Assembly: GCF_000143415.4 (NCBI RefSeq)
Contig: NW_003314338.1
Coordinates: 124,001 to 188,000 of the forward strand
DNA length: 64,000 nucleotides
From: Selaginella moellendorffii
Lineage: Eukaryota; Plantae; Lycopodiophyta
Reading direction: 5' to 3'
Part shown: positions 1 to 11,429 of the stretch, piece by piece
Numbering within the stretch: position 1 is the stretch's first letter
Layout: every line of letters begins with the position of its first letter
Program-made: the position numbers and the translations under genes
Notes under the pieces: model-generated
What the model saw: the letters and a program-made list of their open reading frames with translations, nothing else
Told to the model about the DNA's origin: nothing
Databases searched by the model: none

Positions 1-1
1 G

Positions 2-1678
2 CAGTCACCACCTCATGACTCAGATTCCTATGGCAGACTCCCCTTCCCCAATCTCAATGGAGAGGTACAATGGATGAGGGAAGCTTTTCAAGTCAGGGCC
101 ACGTTTTTCTCATCTCGTCGTTTTCGAAAGGTGCAAGAACGTGCAGAAACCATGTTAAGACAGTCGGGTGAGGATACGGTCCTAGGTCACGCACTAAAAC
201 AGGCTATGGATGTCTTGTATTTTGAGATGGAGACTCGGCCAGATGATTTTCCCAAGATGGTCCTGGAAGAACAAGCCATCCAGCCTGAGCAGCCTATGGA
301 AGAAATGCAGGAGGGGGATGAGGAGCCAGAGAAAGATAATGAGCAGGAAGAGCAGAAGGACGAAGAGGAGGACAAAGAAGAGGAGGACGAAGAAGAGGAG
401 GATGAAGAGGACTTGGATGGTCCTCACAATGGTGACGATCACAATAACGACGACGACAATGATGACGACGATGGCCAGCCTGAGGTGGCCAAAGAGCAGC
501 GGAGGAAGGTCATACAAGACAAACCATCAGGTAAATAATAGTACATCCATTCCTAACCTTTTACCATTTCTAACATTGTCCATGTAGGTCGCAGAGCAAA
601 TGGTAAGTAGAGATTATTCAGTTGAATTTACAAACTCTAGCCTTTAGTGTCGAGGAAGGATAGTGCCAAGCAAGGGTCGAAACGTATGTCCAATCCTTCA
701 GAATCAGCAGTGCACCCAAGTGATATCGGTCCTAGTTCCTCAATAGCAGTTGATGGTAAATACAGTATAGTCGATTCAATGTGCTAATGAGTTTGTTTTT
801 AGTAGCACGGGAGGATACCATCTCAATCGAAGGGAGATATTTGGACATGCATATGGATCCGCCAGTGGACTCTACTTGGCTGCAAGAGTCATCAGAGCTG
901 GTGGAGGCTACTATCCATATCAACGCCAAGCAAGCTGACCACGCTCCACTTGATGCTGCCCATACCACTGAGTCAATCTTGTCCACGTATCCAACTGACG
1001 GTGACCAGGCGCCATTGGACCCACATGAGGCCACCCCAGCCGCCGAGCTGGTCGTATCCTCATTTCCAACGGACTCAACGTGTGCCCAATCGTCTGACTA
1101 CGCGCCGTTGGAACCTCCCTACACCGCCCCTGCTGCCTGTTCGGTCATATCCACTTTGCCAATGGAGGCACCAGCTGAAATGGCGTGTGATCACATGCCA
1201 TCGGAACCACCCCATGCCACTGTTGAGCCAGTTGTACCAAAGTCTACAGCTGAAATGGCATGTGCCCACACGCCATCGGATGCGATTGACCCCACATTGC
1301 AGAGGAGAGTATTTCCGCCCTTCACGTTTCCTCGACCAAAACCCTCTCAACGACTATCGGGAGCAACATTCGCTAATATTGTAGATGGTAAAATTGACTT
1401 GTACCATTTTTTATGCTGACGCAGATGGAACGGTATATCAGAAGCCATTTGATCGGACAGACACCAATCATCATTTATGGCATGTATATTGTCTAGCCAA
1501 GCACTATCCGCATCTCCATAATCTGCTCAACCGGATGGGTTCTTTGACCACTAAACATGAGCGTGGACGTATTAGAGAAGAGATGGCATTACTATTGGGT
1601 TTAAATCCTGATAGTGTGGAGAGTGATGAAATTCCAAGATTATTGTATAGGCGTTGGAGGCAAAAAATAACAGTCTAA
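2..1678 (+). CDS. 3' part of a spliced gene of unknown function (acidic D/E tract, Pro/Ala/Ser-rich repeats); probably carried by element D
   Basis: Frame is open from the window edge to a donor at 531 (CAG|GTAAAT). Further GT-AG pairs occur near 587/603 and ~803, and at 1388-1424 (ATG|GTAAAA...GCAG|ATGG). The last exon reads DGTVYQKPF...QKITV* to 1678. No family recognised. Confidence 0.45.
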
Positions 1679-2121
1679 GATGGCATGTATTTATTTTAAA
1701 ATGTAACTTATTATGGCATGGGGTTCCATGCCATTGTATTAATATTAAAAGACAATTCTTTGAGAGGATTTGCATTATACTAGAAGTGTTACAGCATGTT
1801 ATTGGAAGTCTATGAAGTTGTTTTATTAATAATGGGAAAGTAAAGATTGAATGGGGACTTGGGCTCCACCTAGACTCGGAGCAACTGAGCCAATATTAAA
1901 AGGATGGAAAGAAATTGGACGACGATGACAAGGAGAAGAGAGAGGTGAAGCAGTGGCAGGGGGAGGAGAAGTGATTGAGTAGACATTTCCTTGTTTAAAA
2001 TAAAATGGCATGTGCCTCAATGCAGTTGAATTTTGTTATATTTATATACTATATAAAGGTTTGGAAACCTTATTTTACAAGTGGGATAATGACAATTCCC
2101 ACTTTAACGAAATAGAGCTTA
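1170..2121. mobile_element. Right end of unidentified element D (copy 1) with ATGGCRTG-n-CAYGCCAT hairpin repeats
   Basis: Hairpin motifs at ~1179, 1255, 1714 and 2005. Terminal sequence TCCCACTTTAACGAAATAGAGCTTA (2097-2121) recurs at 30069-30093. Each copy is followed directly by the middle of an unrelated TE. Confidence 0.5.
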
Positions 2122-3817
2122 AGGTGGCATTTGTCCACCTTAAAGGAAAGTTGAGGAAGGCTCCCATGTTGGCATTACCAGACTTTGGTAAGGACTTCAA
2201 AGTTGAAATAGACACTTCAGACTTTGCGTTGGGTGCAGTTTTGAAGTAAGACAACCATCCAATAGCATTCTTCTTGAAGTTGGACAAGGCTCAGTGAAAG
2301 TGGTTTGCCTACAAGAAGGAAATATTTGCAGTGGTTAAGGTACTCAAGGAGTGGCAACACTACCTTGGGAGACACTTCAAAGTTTACACAGATAATACAG
2401 TTTACATGGATAGTTTACACGGCAACGAAACACTTCTTATCACAGCCCGACCTGAGAGGGAAACAAGGTCAGTGGGCCAATGCTTTGGCTGAGTTTGATT
2501 GCAAGATTCTGTATAAACCTGAGAAGAGCAACATCGTGGTAGATGCTTTAAGTCAAAAAGCAAGCTTGAAGTTGGTGATATCTAACGTGACAGCAACCTT
2601 TTAGGATTATATGTAGACATTATATGAGAATGATGGTTTAACACAAGAAGTGTTGCAAAGGAACCAAGAAGTGCGGGATGCTCACCAGAGAGGTAGGCCA
2701 CCTACAAAAGAGAAGACTAGCTATGTGGAATGCAATGGACTTATCTATTATAAACAAATAAGGGTGTATATTCCACAAGGGGAACTAAGGAAAGTAGCGT
2801 TAGATAGACATCCAAAACTATGTAAAGACATGTCCAACATATCTAATATGTCAGCAAATCGAAACCATAATTAAGGTTAGTGGGGGTTTGTTACAAAGCC
2901 TCCCAATTCTAGATTGTCCATGGAAATGTCTTATGATGGACTTCATCATGAGATTGCCCCCAAGTGAGATGTTTGGTGTGATATTTGTGGTGGTGGACCA
3001 ATTTTCATAGATGGCACATTTCTTACCCACCACAATAGAAGTGGATGTGGAAGGTGTGGCAAAACTATTCTTCAAACAAGTGGTTCGAGTGTGGGGAAGG
3101 CTAGAAGAGATTATGTCAGATTAAGATAATATCTTCACCAGTAGGTTTTGGAAAACTCTACTAGAATAGTATTGCACCAAGTTGAAATTCAACACAGCCT
3201 ATCATCTATAGACAGGTATTGGGTATTAATTAAAGTTTGATGGTAATAACGTTTCTTGACAGACGGACAAACGGAAAGGGTGAATAGACAGCTGGAGGAT
3301 TATTTGCGATGCTATATCTTTGGAGACTAAACCGATTGGGTAAGTCATTTAAGACTTGCAGAAATGTGCTATAACAACTCATCACATTTGGGTATTGTGG
3401 TGAGTCCATAGGAAGTCATCAATGGGCGAGCTATCGAAGGTCTAGTGGAACTCAGTGTGGCTAAGTATCATGGAAGAGTTACTTGTAGTGGAGGCGTTCA
3501 TGGTAGAAAGACTCAATATTTGAAATTTAGTGACGAATTCCTTGGAACGGGCTTAACAAAGGCAAACTAAATATGTGAACCAAAAGTGTTGGGATGTAGA
3601 GTTCCAACTTAGGGATACAGTGTGGCTGAACACCAAGAACCTAAGGTTACCAAGTGGGATCAACTGGTAGTTGAGCTAAAGGTAAAATACAGAAAGGAAC
3701 TGATCTTGAGTCCCTTAATCAAGTTCGTGAGGCCTTATGAGATTAAGGGTCAAATTAGTAAGATGGCTTACCATCTCTAACTTCCTAGGGAGATAGGGAA
3801 GATGCACCCTATGTTCC
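2122..3817 (+). pseudogene. Decayed Ty3/gypsy chromovirus pol (element E): RT-RNase H connection, RNase H, integrase core and GPY/F region
   Basis: Translations include LKGKLRKAPMLALPDFGKDFKVEIDTSDFALGAVL, WANALAEFDCKILYKPEKSNIVVDALS, MDFIMRLP..IFVVVDQFS*MAHF, DGQTERVNRQLEDYLRCY and MHPMF. Many stops and frameshifts. Confidence 0.92.
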
Positions 3818-4974
3818 TGTCGCGAATGTGATTTCGGGTATCGAAAGTTATCTGTCGGCTAGTCCTTTCGGATATTCTTTCCTTATTGCCACGATGGCAG
3901 GAGGTCGGTATTGCTGGACCCGTTATCAGTTTCCCACTTGAGCTAGTTGAGAAACTGGTCAATGACCGTGTACTTAGATCAGATAAACATAAGGTAGGAA
4001 CCCTATGTGTTTCTTGCTGAGCATACTCGGCTTGGTTTGAGAAACTCCTGTCATTGGCTTGCACTTGCTAGTATCAAGAACCCCCGCGATATTGAGATTG
4101 GTCCCTCAACATCGCTAGATGATAGCTTACCGTGTCTGCCAAACACCCTCGCTATCATGCCCTTTGTGTTAGTCTCATTTTGGTCCCAAATGCTATTTAT
4201 GGAAAGTGTCCAGATTTTCTCATTTGGCATGTCTACGGAATGTAGAGATCGTCCTGAACACAATGGTGTTCGTCCCATGTCCAAATTCGCAATCTAGGGA
4301 CATTCCATATTTAGTAAGTGTCGTAAGTGTCGAGCTTGTCCCAGAGACTAACTCCTGATACTAAGGGAGGCTTGGGGTGAAAGCCCAAAGCATGTGTTCC
4401 TCAAGGGGGGGTGGGGGCTATGGGGGGTTCCAAATGTATAGTAGGGATAGTGGGTAGGTCGGGCATGGCCGACCAACCTAAGGCATAGTCTAGCTCCCGC
4501 TTGCGTGCCTGTCTTTGTTCTGCGTCCGGCTTGGGTCTAAGCCCAAGTTCCATTCCATGCTAGCTGGTGGAGTACCCATATCCTCACGTTAGGCCACCAG
4601 TATGCCGAAATAGCGCCAGACTCCATTTGGCTCCGTTTTGCGTACTGGTCCTGGCATTGAGATGCTGGTTGCTCCAGGACTGTTCCAAGTCGCTCCGGGC
4701 TCCTGTCCCTTCGCTCCTTGGGCTATATGCTCGGGAGTTGCTCCGTGGTCCGGTTCCATCACTCTTTGGCGTCACGCTTGGGAGTTTGGCACCATTCCTT
4801 CATTCAGTGGCCCAAGGCCCTGAACCTCGGGTTCCTATGGACACATGGCATGGACACGTGGTATGTGACATGTTGCATCTATCACGTGGCACAAAGAGGG
4901 TTTAGGTTCTGCTTCGTGGTGTTATCCTATGGTAAATCACCATAGGATAAAGGGTCAAAACCACGTGCGCTACA
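3818..4974 (+). repeat. A1 5' LTR
   Basis: TGTCGCGAATG...CACGTGCGCTACA, followed by the PBS; direct repeat of 9959-11111. Confidence 0.95.
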
Positions 4975-7900
4975 TTTGGTATCAGAGGATGAGTCTCAGC
5001 GAGTACTATTCAATGAGATTGGGCAACTAGTCTCGTTGCATATGCAGAGATGAAAACGATGATCCGAGTGGGTACACGTTTTGGTGCAAAGACTTCGCAT
5101 TGGTTCCTTGGGATAGGTTTTGGTTACCTTTTTGTTCCATATTATGTGAGCTTGCTCTTGGGCTCATAGGGTGGACTGAGTTGTTCTGTTACACGAGTTT
5201 GTGCTTGGGCTCATGAGTGAGGCGCATTAGCAACTCGAGGTTACACTTTGAGTTGGCAGGATTAATGTTCGCCTATCGGTGGTTCCATGAGTTGTTCCAT
5301 GTACCATGGGTGCAAATAAACTTTCCCTGGGTTTGTTATGAGTGGCAAATAGGCTAGTCCGTAGCTGTTTAGCGCGGCACTAGTGGATCCTTCCTAGGCA
5401 TGATTATAAGTGGATCAATCAAGACTATAGGGATTAGTCTATTGGTTCAAGTAGTCATAGCCGTGCTCTCTCATAAACTTTTCTTGGATTGAACTGAAAG
5501 CAGTGCGAAAGCAAGCTTGAGGTTTGATCAAAGATGAGACCGAAAAGAGAGTCATCAGGGATGAAGGATCAAATACGTAAATCATTTTCTCTTCTTGGAG
5601 AGATGATCTGCAACGAGGTGTTAACTCATTGCTTGTGTTCACATCATGCAATCAAGAGTCCCTATCTTGATGCATGTTGGAGATGGTGGTGTTACAATGG
5701 TGAGTTGTAGGATGGATAGCTGTGAAGTGCTAAACCATTTTGTCTAAGCTTGCTATTGGAAGACTTGGGTTGCAATGCTCAATTCTTTTTCCGGAGAACC
5801 TTGTTATTGCTCCTTGAGTAGCTTGGTGTTGGATTAGTGTTGAGTTTGGTCGGAAAGAGAGTGGCATGAGCTTGTTCGTGTTGTGAAAAAAAGTTAGTGG
5901 TGTTAGATGTTGTAAATCTCTATTTGATGGGGTGTGGCATTTATGTTGCATTTTGTCGAATCGAGTTGGCACTTGATATTCACATAAACCTTTGCAGTAG
6001 TGACATGGGCATTGCTCATGGTGTTGCTTGATTGATGATCAAGTCATTGTGATTTATATCATATCCATGTGATAATGAGCAATGTGTTTACAAAGTTGCT
6101 TGTGTAAATGATGATCAACCCAAAAGTGGTTGATGGAGAAGCTAGTCTACTTGCACGAAGTAGCATTGTAGTAACTTTGACTGGATTCTCAATGGTGGTC
6201 CATTATCCTAAGCTTAAGTTGGTACCTTGCTTACTTGAGTTTGCCCATAAGGTGTTAGAAAAGGGTTATAGCATTCATTTGCTATGACTTGTCGATTGAT
6301 TCGTTAGCACTTGGAGTAGATTGTTGGATGGAGAAGATGTGTAGTTGGGGCATTGACATCACTAGCACTTGTGTTAGTGAAAGTGGCATTGTTATTTCAA
6401 GTGATGAGGAATTTTCCTTGGACCCTGATTTTCCATGTCATTTTTCTTGTTAGTGTTTTGACTTCACATTGAATCTTGAAGGTGATTGAAGAAGAGTGTT
6501 AATGCAATATGGATATCCAAAGATGTGGTCTTCGTGATCAAGCCTTGGGTGTTCATTTTGCATTTTGCGGATGTCAGTGTTGGATATCGGTTAGATGGGC
6601 AGAGATGTTTGAGGCTTAAGCATACTATGGGTCATGAGAATTTGTGTTGAGGTGAACTTATGTGAAGTTGTTGGTAGGAGGAAGTTGGTTGAGTCTTGAA
6701 AGTTTGCATTCCTAGACTGAGAGTTATTCTTTCTCTAGGATGGAAAATTTTCCACAAATTTTCTCAGGCTTTTCCAATGGCTGATTTGTTGATCATTTTG
6801 CCCGAAAACCATTCTATTTTCGTAAGCCAGTACAAACTAGTGAAGGGGTTGGAGTTGACTTCAGTTAGCTTAGACCCTGGTAGGTAGTTTGTATGATGCA
6901 GCCCGAAAGGGATGCTAACTTTTGGGGCTAAAATAATTGAGTTGGATAGAGTCTAGAGTTGGTGTAGAAAAGTGGCCGTTGCACTTTTCTCAGAAGGGTG
7001 ACCCTTGTGCCCTTCTTTTATAGTGTTTTGCTTGGTGGCAAGTTGCACCTTGCATTTCGCTAAGACTCTATGAGAGTAGTGAGCTCTCACTGATCTTGAC
7101 TTAGTCTTGGTAGCCCTGCACCTTGGCTAAGGATGGGGATGTCCAACTTAGTTGTTTGAGTTGAGGTGTTAGTAACCGTACTATAGCTTTGTTTATAAGG
7201 AGGTTGTGTACCGATATGAGTCCATCTCATGGTTTACACTTTAGTTTCGACTAAGTGTTGATCATGCATAACCAACCTCTTCAAGGCATGCTCAGAGGTA
7301 TTGACTAAATGCATTAATGAACTTATTATGGTTGAGTTGGATTCGAGTGGTCATTTAGTTTGTGCTTGTCTATGAACTTTTATCTCATACCTGGGGTATT
7401 GTGTTCATGTTGGACAAGTATGTGACTCGATGACGTGAGTTAGTGTTCGGGTCTTATGAAGGCAAGTTGAAGGGTGATTGTTAGTTGCTTTGCGACTAGT
7501 GATTACTTGTAGACTTCGTCAAGGACTTTTGACACTTGCTTTGCTCGATGATGATTTAGCAGTGATGGGCTTGCTTTACCAGATGGTGTTGTGGAGGATC
7601 GTGTCATTAGGCTGGCATGGTTTTTTTTTTTCCATGTTGGCATATCAATTCCTTTGTCGATATCATTTGGTTACGTTTGGTCTATAGTGTTGGATTTCAT
7701 TGAGTCTTGGACGTGGTGATTCACTCCTTGAGGAAGTGTTATCTATAACTGAGTATTGCTGAAGGATTGGTCTCGGATATTAACTGAGTATCTTCGACTT
7801 TGGTTAACTTGGTTGCTAGGAAGTTTTGGGTGGTGATTCACTCTTGCTTTCTTCTAGTTTTGTTATGGTGTTGATGGCATTGAAGTGATGCTTTGTCATT

Positions 7901-9958
7901 GACATTGTTGATATTGAGATTTCAGTGAAATGAGATATCTCTCCTTAGGATTGATATTGAGTTTCATTAATCTTAATGAAGATAGTATTAATGATTTTGC
8001 TATGGCTTTGTGTTATTGGCATTCGTACATTTGCTAGTTAGCAACTATGTTGACGTTCAAATGAACTGAGTGGCAAGTTTGAGTTAGTTGTGTTCTAAAC
8101 GAGATTATTTAGTAGGGGTTGAGCTTTGAGCTTTTCCTTGAAAAGTGATTTAGTCGTGGACTATGCTAACTCTACGAGAGGAAGAGTTAATGATCGATAT
8201 TAGAATGTTGAGTCCTTGCTGGATTTGAGTTCGGGATATTGCGATCATTAATGATTCTTTTTGGGCTTGTTATGAAGTGAGTTATGTCTTGCTATAGATG
8301 GATTCATGGAGGATTGTTTGATAATCACTTGTTGAGCATAACTTTGCTATGCTTAGCTTTTGGATTGATGCAGAAATGCTCTTCATTAGCTTTGCATTAT
8401 AAAATTTGGCTTATGGATATGTTGAGGAGGATATTGTGGGTTGCACCATGATTTCTTCTTTAACATTGAAGTTGGTTCATGCAAGACTTGTGATCATTAT
8501 TAGACAAGATATGGCTATAGGCTTCTTCGAGCTTTTGGTTCTTTGAGTTTTATGCTCATTGTTCCATTTGTTAGAAGTTATTGGGGAAGGCATTTTGGCT
8601 CCTAGCTTCGATGTTGAAGTTAGTATTTGCATCTAGCAATCATTGGTGATGATTGACTATCATCTGGGATAATTGATTATCCTTGTCAGAGGTTTTGCTT
8701 GATTATCGTTGATCTAGATTGATTTGCTATTCTTCGGGATGGTGGATTCCTTCTTAGAAGATGATTTTGCATCTCTTTATTGATGGGATGATTGATGATA
8801 TTTCATGATGGTTAGTTGTTCTCTTTGATGGATTGTGGCTTTTTGCATTACTACATGTTCTTTGTGGTTTGCCTTGGATTGGTCTTTTGGGTTTGAGACA
8901 TCAATAGGATGTTGCTGACATTTGCTTAAGCAACTCTGGTTCCTTGGTATTGTTAACCGGGATCTATTCAAATTGGCTAGTGCAATAGTTGGCATGACTG
9001 AGTGTTTGTTGGTCTTACCACATTCATTCTCTTCTATTGATTGTTGCTTGAGTTAGTTTTGATAGATTTGGATGTTATTTCCTTTGGGTGATACATTCGC
9101 GAGCATTTTGCTTGTCAGTCAATGATACTTTGTGTTCTTTGAGTTATCTTTCATAAGTTGTTTAGCATTCTGTCTGCAATCTTTAATAGTTAAACTTTAT
9201 CATTGAGTTTACTTGATGATATACTTGCTATTGAATTTTGTTTGATGGTGAATCCTATGTTTACCACTTATGCTGATCTTGGTGGTTCTTGCACTATAAT
9301 ACTAGTTTATTGGATGATAACTTACTTGGAATACTTTTGTGTTCTAATTTAAGCTTTATTCACTGATAATTCAATCTCTAAGATATCATTGTTTATGACT
9401 TTGATATAGTCCCTCTATATTGATCTTTGCGTTTGGGCCAGTATAGGCAAACTGGCTTCGGCACTTCGTGTGCATGTTGAAATCTCTAGTCGTGGGGTAG
9501 CTACTATCGACTGGTCACATAACCCGCCTCTTTGTCAATGTTCCTTGTTCCGTTGAAAGGGCATGACCATGTAAACAACTCTAACTGCCTGTTTACAGTA
9601 GTCTATCTAAACCTTACCGATAGGTTTGGTTTCTTTGCTTAGGAGGGTTGGGGCCTGTGGCTTCTCTCTCTATGTTCCTGCGGGCAGAGGCATATCACAC
9701 TTTTGTAAGCTGGGTGACTCCCAGAGCAGCAAGGGTGGCTGACTCCGTTGGTCATTTCCTTGTCGGCGACGGCCGGAAGGTGTCTGAGCTGGTAGCGCAT
9801 TTGCGTTGGACAAAGAGGTTGCCTCATAACTCATTTAAGTCGGTGCATTTCTCACATAGTGTGAGTACCGTGAACTTTTTCTGGAGTTGTTTCCTTGGCG
9901 GTATTCTAGACTCGAGTATGCATCGACGAGGACGTCGATCTTCCTTAGGGGGGGAGAG

Positions 9959-11111
9959 TGTCGCGAATGTGACTTCGGGTATCGAAAGTTACCTGTCGGC
10001 TAGTCCTTTCGGATATTCTTTCCTTACTGCCACGATGGCAGGAGGTCGGTATTGCTGGACCCGTTATCAGTTTCCCACTTGAGCTAGTTGAGAAACTGGT
10101 CAATGACCGTGTACTTAGATCGGATAAACATAAGGTAGGAACCCTATGTTTTCTTGCTGAGCATACTTGGCCTGGTTTGAGAACTTTTGTCATGGGCTGG
10201 CACTTGTTAGTATCAAGAACCCCCGGGATATGGAGATGGGTCCCTCAACATCGCTAAAGGATAGCTTCCCGGGTGGCTAAACACCCTCGCTATCATGCCC
10301 TTGGGGTTAGTCTCATTTGGGTCCCAAACGCTATTTAGGGAAAGTGTCCAGATTTTTTCATTTGGCATGTTTACGGAATGTAGAGATCGTCCGGAACACA
10401 ATGGGGTTCGTCCGGGGTCCAAATTGGCAATGTAGGGACATTCCATATTTAGAAAGTTTGGAGTTTGTCCCAGAGACTAACTCCTGATATTAAGGGGGGC
10501 TGGGGGGGAAAGCCCAAATTTTTTTTTCCTCAAGGGGGGGGGGGGGGGGGGGGGCTATAAGGGGTTCCAAATGTATAGTAGGGATAGTGGGTAGGTCGGG
10601 CATGGCCGACAAACCTGAGGCATAGTCTAGCTCCTGCTTGCGTGCCTGTCCTTGTTCTGCGTCCGGCTTGGGTCTAAGCCCAAGTTCCATTCCATGCTAG
10701 CTGGTGGAGTACCTATATCCTCACGTTAGGCCACCAGTATGCCGAAATAGCGCCAGACTCCGTTTGGCTCCGTTTTGCGTACTGGTCCTGGCATTGAGAT
10801 GCTGGTTGCTCCAGGACTGTTCCAAGTCGCTCCGGGCTCCTGTCCCTTCGCTCCTTGGGCTATATGCTCGGGAGTTGCTCCGTGGTCCGGTTCCATCACT
10901 CCTTGGCGTCACGCTTGGGAGTTTGGCACTGTTCCTTCGTTCAGTGGCCCAAGGCCCTGAACCTCGGGTTCCTATGGACACGTGGCATGGACATGTGGTA
11001 TGTGACACATGGCATCTGTCACGTGGCACAAAGAGGGTTTAGGTTCCGCTTCGTGGTGTTATCCTATGGTAAATCACCATAGGATAAAGGGTCAAAACCA
11101 CGTGCGCTACA
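9959..11111 (+). repeat. A1 3' LTR
   Basis: Preceded by the PPT and followed by TSD GTTCC. Confidence 0.95.
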
Positions 11112-11367
11112 GTTCCACATGAACTTACTCAAGCTGTACTTTGAAGATCCACTTCACAAGTATCAAGTAAAACATTTACCTAAGGTTATCTAAGGGGAAA
11201 AGGAATATGAAGTTGAGGCCATCCTCAATGCGCGCAAGAGCAAGCGACAAAGATGTGAGGTGAGGGAGTTCCATATAGAGTGGAAAGGATTTCCATATTG
11301 TGAAGCAACATGGGAACCAAAGGAGAACCTAGTGAACATGCGAGATCTAGTGGAGGAATTTTTGTAA
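11112..11367 (+). pseudogene. Continuation of element E integrase, including chromodomain
   Basis: Removing A1 restores HPMF|HMNLLK, followed by EYEVEAILNARKSKR...FHIEWKGFPYCEATWEPKENL (chromodomain). Confidence 0.9.
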
Positions 11368-11429
11368 GGTAGAACTCTATGTACTTATAAAAAATTCAAT
11401 TAAAGAATCTATTTGAGAAATTGAGCAAT

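Larger units (their letters stand above)
3818..11111 (+). mobile_element. Full-length non-coding LTR retrotransposon, family A copy A1 (LARD-like)
   Basis: TG..CA LTRs at 3818-4974 and 9959-11111. tRNA-iMet PBS TGGTATCAGAG at 4977-4987. PPT AGGGGGGGAGAG at 9947-9958. Perfect TSD GTTCC at 3813-3817 and 11112-11116. The ~5-kb interior has no gag/pol ORF. Confidence 0.95.

Noticed and set aside
2400-2421. Third intron in element E
   Set aside because: A 22-nt local duplication of GTTTACAC/GATA with no AG acceptor; too short for an intron.
4340-4400. Hammerhead ribozyme (retrozyme) in the LTRs
   Set aside because: GAAA is present but no CUGANGA core or three-stem fold could be built (CTGATAC only).
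4567-4905. 112-aa ORF repeated in A LTRs
   Set aside because: GTG start; recurrence follows LTR identity; frameshifted in the A2 5' LTR by the 13-bp repeat gain.
10185-10562. Cluster of differences between the two A1 LTRs suggesting hypermutation or old age
   Set aside because: Changes are confined to one side of a long poly-G run and mostly extend homopolymers, which is typical of low-quality reads. Exclude this stretch from LTR dating.
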